Shown in pieces: positions 27,951-36,467 of a DNA stretch of 59,213 nucleotides (its first letter is position 1; every line of letters begins with the position of its first letter). The notes under the pieces are model-generated. The model saw nothing but the letters and a program-made list of their open reading frames with translations. It had not been told where the DNA came from and did no database searches. Origin of the DNA: Spirochaetia bacterium (GTDB lineage: Bacteria > Spirochaetota > Spirochaetia > B11-G9); NCBI GenBank assembly GCA_027859095.1, contig JAQIBN010000082.1:1-59213 (forward strand). The letters run 5' to 3'. The position numbers and the translations under genes were made by a program.

Positions 27951-29291
27951 ATGAAATTAATTGTTGGTCACACAAATATGGATATGGACTGTCTAAGCTC
28001 CATGGCATTGGCAAAATTACTTTACCCGGATCATCAAATGGTGAAAAGCAGATTTGTACATCCGGTAGCAAGGGACTTCTGTAATCTTTATGATAGTTAT
28101 TTTGATTTCTTAAATGTTAAGGATATTAAAAATGCAGTAGTTGAGGATCTTGTAGTGGTAGATACCAGGTCTGTAAAGCGAATAGATGAATATCTAAAAG
28201 TAATTGATGGAATGCCAGAGAGAATTACAGTCTATGATCATCATCCTTCAGATTTAGATGATTTGGATGCACAGGTGGTCCATTATAATGATTTCGGATC
28301 AAATACTACCATTCTTGCTTTGGAAATAATGGAGAAAGGTATCAAAATCTCTCCTGATGTTGCAACTATTGCTTTAACAGGAATATTTGCAGATACAGGT
28401 AATTTCACTCATGATAATGTTAGAGTAGAAGATTTTAAAGTAGCTCATCATTTAATGTATTGTGGGGCAGATATTAATATAGTTCGCAGGTATTTAAAAA
28501 CATTGAAAGAGGAATATCAAATGAGTCTATTTCATGATATTCTAAATCATCAAATATCTAAATATATAAATGGACATCTTATACTATTCTCCTATATTGA
28601 GCTTGAAAAACAGGTAAGTGGTTTAGCTGCTGTAGCTGAAAAAGTATTTGAGGTGGAAAATCCTGATGCCTATTTTTCTGTGTTCTCTTTTAAGAAAACT
28701 TCATCCTCTATTATTATTGGCCGAAGTCAAAAAGAAGCTATCAATTTAAACCAACTTCTCGGTGAACTTGGAGGAGGAGGCCATGCAATGGCTGCTTCAG
28801 TATTATTTAAAGATAAATCAGGTGAAGGTGTACTGGATTATCTGGTAGAACATCTGGAAATAAATATGAAGCATGCTGTTACTGTAGGAACTATTATGAC
28901 TAAAGATGTTTATTCTGTTGGTGAAGACTGGAGTCTGATAGATACATCAATTTTTCTTGAATCCATAAATCATTCCGGTGCTCCGGTAAATAATCAGGAA
29001 AACGAGATTTCCGGATTCATTACATTAAAAGATATTATGAAAGCCAGAAAAGCTAAGCAAATGCATGCTCCTGTTAAGGGTTATATGATTAAGAATGTTA
29101 TTAAAGGCAGTAGTGATCTTCCAATAAGAGATATTGAGCGATTAATGTTTGGTAATAATATTGGACATATCCCAATAGTTGAGGATGGAAAAACTATAGG
29201 TCTTGTTACAAGGACTGATTATCTTAACTTCATAAAAGTCAACAATCAATCTGACAATTTGATCAATCCTGTTGCATTGCAAACGTCGTAG
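27951..29291 (+). CDS. DHH/DHHA1 phosphoesterase fused to a CBS-domain pair
   Basis: 446 aa. Contains HTNMDMDCLSS, the DHH motif (VYDHHP), the DHHA1 motif GGGGHAMAAS and two C-terminal CBS repeats. Confidence 0.8.
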   Translation: MKLIVGHTNMDMDCLSSMALAKLLYPDHQMVKSRFVHPVARDFCNLYDSYFDFLNVKDIKNAVVEDLVVVDTRSVKRIDEYLKVIDGMPERITVYDHHPSDLDDLDAQVVHYNDFGSNTTILALEIMEKGIKISPDVATIALTGIFADTGNFTHDNVRVEDFKVAHHLMYCGADINIVRRYLKTLKEEYQMSLFHDILNHQISKYINGHLILFSYIELEKQVSGLAAVAEKVFEVENPDAYFSVFSFKKTSSSIIIGRSQKEAINLNQLLGELGGGGHAMAASVLFKDKSGEGVLDYLVEHLEINMKHAVTVGTIMTKDVYSVGEDWSLIDTSIFLESINHSGAPVNNQENEISGFITLKDIMKARKAKQMHAPVKGYMIKNVIKGSSDLPIRDIERLMFGNNIGHIPIVEDGKTIGLVTRTDYLNFIKVNNQSDNLINPVALQTS

Positions 29292-29299
29292 GGACATTC

Positions 29300-29341
29300 C
29301 ATCTTGTAGGGACAGGTCGCGACCTGTCCCTACAAGATGGA
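29300..29341. terminator. Perfect 42-nt palindrome between convergent genes (putative bidirectional terminator/REP-like hairpin)
   Basis: CCATCTTGTAGGGACAGGTCG|CGACCTGTCCCTACAAGATGG forms a 21-bp perfect stem. No clean U-tract follows it. It contains the 28-bp unit also seen at 11027-11096. Confidence 0.6.
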
Positions 29342-29347
29342 TATGTT

Positions 29348-30733
29348 TTAAAATTCTGCGCTGCCCACTGTTCTTGGGAATGGTATAACGTCCCGTATAT
29401 TCTGCATCCCGGTTACGTATTGTATTAATCGTTCGAATCCCAGACCAAAGCCAGCATGTGGAACAGTTCCATATTGACGTAATTCAAGATACCACCAGTA
29501 ATCCTGATGATTAAGATCCTGTTCATCAAGCCTTGTTTTAAGCTTTTCAAGATCACTTTCTCGCTCACTTCCACCAATTATTTCACCAAGTCTTGGAACA
29601 AGTATATCCATTGCTCTTACAGTTTTACCATCTTCGTTGAGTTTCATATAAAATGCTTTTATATCTTTTGGATAATCAGTAAGAATAACAGGGCCATTAT
29701 AAATTTCTTCTGTAAGGTATCTTTCATGCTCAGACTGGAGGTCATGTCCCCATTCAACAGGGAATTCAAATTTTGTAGCAGAACTGATTAATATTTCTAC
29801 AGCTTCAGTATAAGTTAAATGGGTAAAAGGACTATTGATGACATGTTTTATATCATCTATAATTCCTTTTTGAACAAAGCTGTTAAAGAAGTTCATATCC
29901 TCGCTGGAGTTGTCAAGAACATATTGAAGAATATATTTCAGAAATTTTTCAGCTACTTCTATATTGCCGTCAAGATTACAAAAAGCCATTTCAGGTTCAA
30001 TCATCCAGAATTCTGCCAGATGTCTGCTGGTATTTGAATTTTCAGCTCTAAAGGTAGGACCAAATGTATATATATCTTTTAGTGCTGTAGCGTATATTTC
30101 ACCTTCCAACTGTCCGCTTACGGTTAAATTTGCAGGTTTCCCGAAAAAGTCTTTAGTATAGTCAACTTCACCATCAATTTTTGGGACATTATCCATTGGC
30201 AGAGTTGTTATTTGAAACATCTCTCCGGCACCCTCTGCATCACTAGCGGATATTATTGGTGTATGAACATAAACAAAGTCATTTTCCTGAAAAAATTTGT
30301 GTACAGCAAAGCTTAAAGTACTTCTAACTCTTGTAATGGCCGCAAATGTGTTTGTTCGGGGACGGAGGTGAGCAATTTCCCGTAAAAACTCAAAAGAATG
30401 ACGTTTTTTCTGTAGGGGGTATGTTTCTGGTGAAGCTTCCCCTATAACTTCTATAGACTGACCCTGAAGTTCTACACTCTGGTTTTTCCCCGGAGATTTT
30501 ACAAGAGTTCCTGTTATTACAGCACTTGCACCGGTAGATAAACGATCTATCTCTTTGCTTAGATCATATTTTTCTTTGTCAATGATAATTTGAAGATTTT
30601 TTAGAGAAGAACCATCTGAGAGTTCAAAAAAACAAAGATTCTTTGAATCTCTTTTTGTTCTAATCCAGCCTTCTACAGTAATTTCCTGATCTTCTGCTTC
30701 AGTCTTTAGTATATCTTTTATTCTGTTTTCCAT
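29348..30733 (-). CDS. asnS: Asparaginyl-tRNA synthetase
   Basis: 461 aa class IIb aaRS. N-terminal OB fold, FRAE, GGSERE and the C-terminal GFGLGFERL...PFPR motif. Confidence 0.95.
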   Translation of the reverse strand: MENRIKDILKTEAEDQEITVEGWIRTKRDSKNLCFFELSDGSSLKNLQIIIDKEKYDLSKEIDRLSTGASAVITGTLVKSPGKNQSVELQGQSIEVIGEASPETYPLQKKRHSFEFLREIAHLRPRTNTFAAITRVRSTLSFAVHKFFQENDFVYVHTPIISASDAEGAGEMFQITTLPMDNVPKIDGEVDYTKDFFGKPANLTVSGQLEGEIYATALKDIYTFGPTFRAENSNTSRHLAEFWMIEPEMAFCNLDGNIEVAEKFLKYILQYVLDNSSEDMNFFNSFVQKGIIDDIKHVINSPFTHLTYTEAVEILISSATKFEFPVEWGHDLQSEHERYLTEEIYNGPVILTDYPKDIKAFYMKLNEDGKTVRAMDILVPRLGEIIGGSERESDLEKLKTRLDEQDLNHQDYWWYLELRQYGTVPHAGFGLGFERLIQYVTGMQNIRDVIPFPRTVGSAEF

Positions 30734-30760
30734 ACCATAGAATTACCATAGATTAGAGCC

Positions 30761-31041
30761 TTAGTCAAATTCAAACTTCGCGCCCTTACAATCCATGACA
30801 GGTTGCATTAGATTTGTTTTATTATAAAAAATAAAATGACTTCCCTGGGGGAATTGTCTGTAGCCTTCTTTGATATAATGCATGCTTTTTCTGTAAAAGG
30901 ATTGTTGGCAAGTAAATGAAATACATCATCAAACTGTTTTATATAGAAATTTCTTTGACTCTTATCCCAACGTTGCTCAGTAAAGACAGCAAATTGAACC
31001 AGGTCGTTTTTTGCTTTATTAGTTAATTTAAATATTTTCAT
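30761..31041 (-). pseudogene. parE: ParE-family toxin gene inactivated by a 1-nt frameshift
   Basis: Frame 1 gives MKIFKLTNKAKNDL...LLANNPFTEKAC. The hallmark C-terminus HYIKEGYRQFPQGSHFIFYNK continues in another frame from about 30880 and stops at 30761. Confidence 0.7.
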
Positions 31042-31187
31042 TGTTGACTTGTATTATCTAACTCAGAAATAAATGTTTCATAGTTGTAATCAGATAAACC
31101 ACTATTTTCTTCTTCAATCAGCATCGTTCTTAATGTCTCAGTTTTGTCTCGTTGATAACAGAAAAGACAAATACGCTTGAGATCCAT
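31038..31187 (-). pseudogene. parD: 5'-truncated ParD-family antitoxin remnant
   Basis: Only the C-terminal half is recognisable (ETLRTMLIEEENSGLSDYNYETFISELD). Its stop overlaps the parE ATG (ATGA). The N-terminal RHH part is missing where the PEGA fragment begins. Confidence 0.5.
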
Positions 31188-31189
31188 CT

Positions 31190-32454
31190 TAAGGAAACCT
31201 ATGGGAATCTGCTTATTAAATCTACTTTTAAAGATATAGATGTGTACCTTGATGGGTATTTTATTGGAAAACTGGGATCAGGGGTTTTTTCAGATATTAC
31301 TGTTGGTGAGCATGTCATAACCCTGGAGGGCAATGACTACCGATGGGAGGGTTCTGCTTCTATTATTGCAAATAAAAGTTTGACTTTAGCGGTTGAACCA
31401 AAAGCCTATAGTGTTTTTAGGTATAATATTCAGGATGGTGCAACAGCTGTATTATTGAATACATTATGGTCAATAGATACTCATTCCGGAAATGGCGAGA
31501 TCAATCTATGGGCAGGTGATTATACTATAAAAGTTTTTGGAGATAATCTTGAAGTTCAGGATTTTTCAATCTCAATAAATAGAGCAGATAAATATAATTT
31601 TGCTCCAAGACTGGAGTTGAACAGAGAGTTTATTTATTCAGGTTTATTAGAGGAGTTAAACCTTTATACAGAACTAAATAATAAGGAGAGCATCGTTACT
31701 ACAAATAATATTCATAACCTTCAGATGTTCAAAATGATATTCAAAATTCCAGATTCCAGTTTGATGAGCTGTTAAGAGATGTTAGCAGTCTGCTTACAGA
31801 GTTAATTGTAAAGAAAGACAGCCATGATGAGATTGAACGTCTTGAAAAGGTTAAGCAGGATACTATTGCTCGACTTAAAGTGATCCAGGATCGTAGGAAA
31901 GTGACCTAAAATTCTCTCGATACTAAACAATCTTCCAAGATTATGAGAAATAAAAATATGCTCGGATGGAGTTTGGCTGGAACCAGTCTTGTAAGTGCCA
32001 GCCTTTACGGATTATTCACCTACCTTAGTAATGACTCCTATAATAGCTATTCATCGACAACAATCACATCAGATGCAATAAGTTACAGGGAAGAATTTCA
32101 AACTTATGATATACTTAGTTATGTATCTCTTGGAACTTCACTACTTAGTGCAGGAGTTTCAGTGTATTGATTGGTCCTGGTGCCGGGGAAGTTATAACAG
32201 GCAGAACACAAACTCTTAGTGTGTATAAGTTCAATACTGATATTGTAAACAGATACTGGATTCAGATTCCTACCGATGGTAGTGACTTTGATAATACTAT
32301 TATTTTTACAAAAGATGATTATAGTACAAATGAATGCATTGTTGCTGAGGGTACTTTGCCTAATAATACTACATATTATTGGAGAGCAAAGGCTTTTGAT
32401 GGGATTAAATGGAGTAATGCCTGGAGTTTAATCCCTATATGTCAAGATAGATGA
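31190..32454 (+). pseudogene. 5'- and 3'-truncated, frameshifted fragment of a PEGA/FN3-like surface protein gene (paralog of 43257-44710)
   Basis: PEGA segment (LLIKSTFKDIDVYLDGYFIG...VGEHVITLEGNDYRWEGS). The reading frame switches near 31720-31780 and again near 31940 and 32167. The FN3-like segment (TTYYWRAKAFDGIKWSNAWS) ends at the IS remnant. Confidence 0.6.
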
Positions 32455-32715
32455 CAGTAAAACATTTAGAAAGGAGTCATCTATTTATGAAATACAGCAC
32501 CGGGTTTCGGAACAATGTAATAAAGAAAGTATTGCCGCCTGAAAACAAATCAATTGCAGAAGTTAGTAAAGAAACAGGAGTAAGTGACCGGACAATAAGG
32601 AACTGGTTATTCAAATTAAAAATGATAATCTTAGTCCACAGGAAGGGGAAGTATCCCCGGAACAAAGGAGTCCTTCAGAAAAGATGTCACTAATATTTGA
32701 GAGCAGATCCCTTTC
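32452..32715 (+). mobile_element. IS-element remnant (transposase orfA-like HTH, frameshifted and truncated)
   Basis: Begins TGACAGTAAAAC. The ORF MKYSTGFRNNVIKKVLPPENKSIAEVSKETGVSDRTIRNW is a transposase-type HTH. A frame switch follows KLK, and the remnant is cut off near 32715. Ends are approximate. Confidence 0.5.
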
Positions 32716-33100
32716 CTCTTTTGGTTTTCTCCATCTCTTTGATCCATAAGAATACTTGAGCTCCTCCTGATATATTTTTATCTTTTGCACCAGAAGTTCA
32801 TTTTCAAGAACTCTATTAGATGTAGGAGTAATTAGCCTTTGAGAAAATGGCCAAGGCTTTTTTTAAGATATCACGCTCCTCTTTGGTATCTGCTAACTCT
32901 CGTTTCAATTTAAATAATTCTTCATCTCGCCGGATTCCTAGTGACTCGGCTACTGCAGTAATTGTTTTCTCTGGATGACTTAATAAATACTGCACCGATT
33001 CTTCTTTCATTTCATTACTGTAAGTTCTTCGTTTTCCCATATTATCCCAATTTTATCTGGGGCTTAACCTCTTGTCTATTATATCAGGGGAATACCACAT
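32716..33100 (-). mobile_element. IS3-family remnant (shortened orfA plus the first approx 25 codons of orfB)
   Basis: orfA is MGKRRTYSNEMKEESVQYLL...ERDILKKALAIFSK (leucine-zipper end typical of IS3 OrfA, with the middle part missing). It is followed by an orfB-like ...IYQEELKYSYGSKR segment and then truncation. The outer end reads TGTGGTATT on the minus strand. Ends are approximate. Confidence 0.55.
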
Positions 33101-33196
33101 CCAGCGCAAGGTTCTTGATACAATGTTACAATAAAAAGTTACTGTTGTTTCCATTGATTTGTAGTGATAGACTATACTTGTTATGTGGAGTTATTA

Positions 33197-33472
33197 ATGG
33201 ATTTTGAATGGAATATACAGAAGGCTGAGAATAATATAAAAAAACACGATATTTCATTTGAAGAGGCTTCAACTGTATTTGGAGATGTTTTGTCAACCAC
33301 GTTTTTAGATCCTGAACATTCTATTCATGAAGGTCGTTATTTAGTGGTAGGTTTTTCTGACAAGTACAAAGTTCTGGTTGTTTCTCACACCTTTCGTAAT
33401 GAAAACATCCGTATTATAAGTGCACGACAAGCAACTTTCAAGGAGAAGAGATTTTATGAACATGGAAAATAG
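33197..33472 (+). CDS. brnT: BrnT-family ribonuclease toxin
   Basis: MDFEWNIQKAENNIKKHDISFEEASTVFGD...RIISARQATFKEKRFYE matches the BrnT (DUF497) pattern. Confidence 0.8.
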   Translation: MDFEWNIQKAENNIKKHDISFEEASTVFGDVLSTTFLDPEHSIHEGRYLVVGFSDKYKVLVVSHTFRNENIRIISARQATFKEKRFYEHGK

Positions 33473-33683
33473 TAATGAAGTGAATGATGACCTTCAAGAT
33501 GAATATGATTTTTCCAATATGGCAGGTGGAGTCCGTGGAAAATATGCTAAAGACTATCAAAAGGGTGTTAAACTTATTCAACTTGAACCTGATGTAGCAA
33601 AGATGTTTCCCGATACAAAATCGGTCAATGAGGCCTTGAGAGCTCTATCAAAAATTATTCAGCAACACAATAAGACTGCTTAA
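33456..33683 (+). CDS. brnA: BrnA-like antitoxin
   Basis: 75 aa, overlapping the brnT 3' end by 17 nt. The C-terminus IQLEPDVAKMFPDTKSVNEALRAL resembles the BrnA antitoxin tail. Confidence 0.7.
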   Translation: MNMENSNEVNDDLQDEYDFSNMAGGVRGKYAKDYQKGVKLIQLEPDVAKMFPDTKSVNEALRALSKIIQQHNKTA

Positions 33684-33820
33684 TATCCTTCATTTATGGT
33701 AAAAGAGTATAATTCTGGGCGGAATTCTGGGGACAGAGGTTTCTGGAGTAATAAACCGAAGAAAAAATAGATACGAGTTAGTGAATACGAGATTTCCAGT
33801 ACCCTGGTTTACGGCGGCTA

Positions 33821-33872
33821 TTAGCAACAGCAGCGAAGTTGCGACCAGGAAGCTTGCTTCCGACCAGCCCGC
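33821..33872 (+). repeat. GC-rich dispersed repeat, copy D (about 1.5 units)
   Basis: Sequence ...agcagcgaagttgcGACCAGGAAGCTTGCTTCCGACCAGCC. It shares the GGAAGCTTGCTTCC hairpin and GACCAG frame with copy A, and is flanked by GGCGGC/GCCGCC. Confidence 0.7.
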
Positions 33873-33902
33873 CCGGCCGCCAAAAATATGGATATGGATG
33901 TT

Positions 33903-34760
33903 TTAAACCATAGTATCTTCTTCATTAATGGTTCCAGCCTTCTCTTTAAGATACTTGCTGAAGGAAATTTTGGGAACAGAGATAGCAGGTTTTGCTTTAA
34001 TAGTGATCTCCTCACCCGTTTCAGGATGCCGGATAATTCTTGCTTTCTGTGCCTCTTTTCGTTTTAATGAGAGTCGGCCGATCCTGCCCAGTGGAACACT
34101 CTCCCCCAGCATCATTCCTGTTTCAATCAGTAGACTATAGTCATCAAGAATTTCTTTAGCCAGTGCTGCTGTAATATTATATCTTTTTGCAATATACCTG
34201 GTCATGGATTTAGAAGTGAATTGTTCAGGTACACTTGATTTATCAATATGGATACTTCTATTAATCTTCATGAATCCGTTGGTCAGAAATATTGTACCCT
34301 CTCTGATACGTTCTTTTTGTTTTTCGATATCAATAGAACTATCACATACGGCAAGCATATATGCTGCTGATGTCTGTTTAAGTTGGCCTGTTGTGAATCT
34401 GACAGCTTCACCGATATGAATATCATCTGAAAGTTCTGTTGCAACAATCGAAATCGTTTTTGGTACATCAGTTCTTAAATGTATACTGGCATACTCAACT
34501 TCTCTAGCTTTTTCTTTTGGTCCTATGCTGACTATAGAACCTGAATAGGTCATTACAATCATTCCACGGAGATCATCTGCTTCAATTCCATTTATAATTT
34601 CCATGTTTAAAAGATTGGCCTGCTGTTTAAAGAGGCTGCTTTTTCTTTCCCATGTATCTGCCATCAGATTACGGGAATCGGTATTATCAGGTAATTCCGA
34701 TGATTCTAGTATCGATTGAATATGTATTTGTATTCTTACGGGTAATTCATTGAATGTCAT
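33903..34760 (-). CDS. Fusion of an unassigned approx 175-aa N-terminal domain to a C-terminal HU/IHF-type DNA-binding domain
   Basis: Residues from about 195 to 280 align along their length with HU (..LAKEILDDY...VPLGRIGRLSLKRKEAQKARIIRHPETGEEITIKAKPAISVPKISFSKYLKEKA). The N-domain is paralogous to ORF 34920-35450. Confidence 0.75.
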   Translation of the reverse strand: MTFNELPVRIQIHIQSILESSELPDNTDSRNLMADTWERKSSLFKQQANLLNMEIINGIEADDLRGMIVMTYSGSIVSIGPKEKAREVEYASIHLRTDVPKTISIVATELSDDIHIGEAVRFTTGQLKQTSAAYMLAVCDSSIDIEKQKERIREGTIFLTNGFMKINRSIHIDKSSVPEQFTSKSMTRYIAKRYNITAALAKEILDDYSLLIETGMMLGESVPLGRIGRLSLKRKEAQKARIIRHPETGEEITIKAKPAISVPKISFSKYLKEKAGTINEEDTMV

Positions 34761-34919
34761 TACTTGACTCCTATATTAATTTTCTAGTAATAGCTTTCAT
34801 AATATTTACATTATAAGTATAACACTATTATTTTCAAAAAGTACCGAAAATAATGGTTTTTTATGGAAAACTGTTTTATATTGGTATTTGTTATATAAAA
34901 TACTTACGGAGGTATTGAA

Positions 34920-35450
34920 ATGGATGAATATTTTTCAGAAGTATCAGAAGAGGTGCAAAATCACTTGAAACAGCTTGTTGGTTCTGTAAATTTGCCTTCA
35001 GGAGCTGATGCTCTTGAAGTTTTGGCAAAAGCCTGGCTTGAGAAAGAAAAGGTTTTTATGTCTCAGATAAGAGAGCGGAATTTAGAAGAGGCAGATGAGT
35101 TTTCTGTAGAAGAACCAAGGGGCGCATTGTTAATGACCTATTCCGGTTCGCTTCTGACATTAGGACCTATAAGCGAAGACGGACGAAAAGTTGAATATGC
35201 GAGTGTTGGTCTACGATCCGATGTTCCTGATAGTGCTGAAAAAGATGGATCAGTTCTTAGTTCCGATGTATCTGTGGGCGGATCGGCTGAATTCCTACTT
35301 GGCCCAATTAAAAAGAGCTCACCAGTTTATAAAATTGCGGTAGTTCGGGAAGAGATGCCACTGGAAGAGGAAGAAGAATTTCTTTCTGAAGTTACACAGA
35401 TAATGGCTGATGATTTTGTAGAAATCAACAAGACTTTGATAATAGAGTAA
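34920..35450 (+). CDS. Stand-alone paralog of the unassigned domain found in the HU fusion
   Basis: 176 aa. Shared blocks are LLMTYSGSLLTLGP / IVMTYSGSIVSIGP, KVEYASVGLRSDVP / EVEYASIHLRTDVP, plus a C-terminal helix. Its stop lies 1 nt before the phosphatase ATG. Confidence 0.65.
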   Translation: MDEYFSEVSEEVQNHLKQLVGSVNLPSGADALEVLAKAWLEKEKVFMSQIRERNLEEADEFSVEEPRGALLMTYSGSLLTLGPISEDGRKVEYASVGLRSDVPDSAEKDGSVLSSDVSVGGSAEFLLGPIKKSSPVYKIAVVREEMPLEEEEEFLSEVTQIMADDFVEINKTLIIE

Positions 35451-35451
35451 T

Positions 35452-36462
35452 ATGTATATTAAAAGTCCTCTCCGACGAATAACTGGTATTTTGGATAGGA
35501 ATAGTGTTCCCGATTCCAGGGATCTTGAAAAATCTCTGGAACAGGTTCTTTTTACTTTAAATTCGGAAGAACCGGACATCCGCCCAAAAGCCAGTGATGG
35601 AAATCCAGGAGGTCTTATTCTTCTTAATTCTCTTCCAACCATAATAGTACCTGATCTCCATGCACGGATGGGATATTTAAGAGCTCTTCTTTCATGGATT
35701 CCTCCTGATGCAAACTTTACAGTATATCAGGGTCTCTTATTGGGAAAACTACAGATTGTTTGTGTGGGCGATGGATTTCATTCAGAAGCCAGGGGCATCC
35801 CTCGTTGGAAGACAGCTTTCAAAGAGTTTTCTTCTGATTATAAAAAGCACAAGTCTATGGATGAGGAGATGCTGGAGAGTCTTGGGGTTATGATGATTGT
35901 CATGGAACTAAAAGCTGCATTCCCGGAAAATTTTCACTTTTTAAAGGGGAATCATGAGAATGTTGCCAATGAAGAATCAGCAGACAACAGACCTTTTAGA
36001 AAATTTGTTTATGAAGGTGCCATGGTAACATCATGGTTCCATAAATTTATGAACGAAGAAACTTATAGGAAGTACTATATGTTTGAAAAAAAACTTCCTG
36101 TATTCGCTGTAGGTGATCGATTTTGTGTTACTCATGCAGAACCTAGAAAGCATTATAAAAAGAATGAATTGATAGATGCTATGATCCACCGGGAAGTTGT
36201 ATTTGACTTAACATGGACGGCTAATGATGAAGCGGAAGAAAACAGTGTAATAAAATACCTTGAGGAATACTTTCCAGGGGATAATCAGTCTTTGATGTTT
36301 GGCGGTCATCGGCCTGTACCGAAGTTTTATAAGACAAGAGCTTTTGGTCGGTATCTTCAGATTCACAACCCGGACCAATACATTGCAGTATATATGAATA
36401 ATATCCTTGAGTTTTCAACAGAGAAAAATATTCTAATTCTGCCTAAAAAAGGGGAGGCTTAA
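35452..36462 (+). CDS. Calcineurin/PPP-like metallophosphoesterase (putative Ser/Thr phosphatase) with an atypical first motif
   Basis: 336 aa. Has IIVPDLHAR in place of GDxHG, VCVGDGFHSE in place of GDxxDRG, an intact LKGNHEN, and later VTHAEP and GGHRP. Confidence 0.65.
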   Translation: MYIKSPLRRITGILDRNSVPDSRDLEKSLEQVLFTLNSEEPDIRPKASDGNPGGLILLNSLPTIIVPDLHARMGYLRALLSWIPPDANFTVYQGLLLGKLQIVCVGDGFHSEARGIPRWKTAFKEFSSDYKKHKSMDEEMLESLGVMMIVMELKAAFPENFHFLKGNHENVANEESADNRPFRKFVYEGAMVTSWFHKFMNEETYRKYYMFEKKLPVFAVGDRFCVTHAEPRKHYKKNELIDAMIHREVVFDLTWTANDEAEENSVIKYLEEYFPGDNQSLMFGGHRPVPKFYKTRAFGRYLQIHNPDQYIAVYMNNILEFSTEKNILILPKKGEA

Positions 36463-36467
36463 AGAGT

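Noticed and set aside
29410-29440. T-loop-like CGTTCGAATCCC motif that could indicate a tRNA gene.
   Set aside because: It lies inside the strongly supported asnS coding sequence (GFGLGFERL region on the minus strand). No cloverleaf can be built around it.
33725-33745. Shared 11-mer GGGGACAGAGG at 33731 and 45346 as a possible additional repeat family or att-like site.
   Set aside because: Only 11 nt match, the flanks do not align convincingly, and there are just two occurrences. Too weak to separate from chance, or from relatedness to the GGGACAGG palindrome arms.
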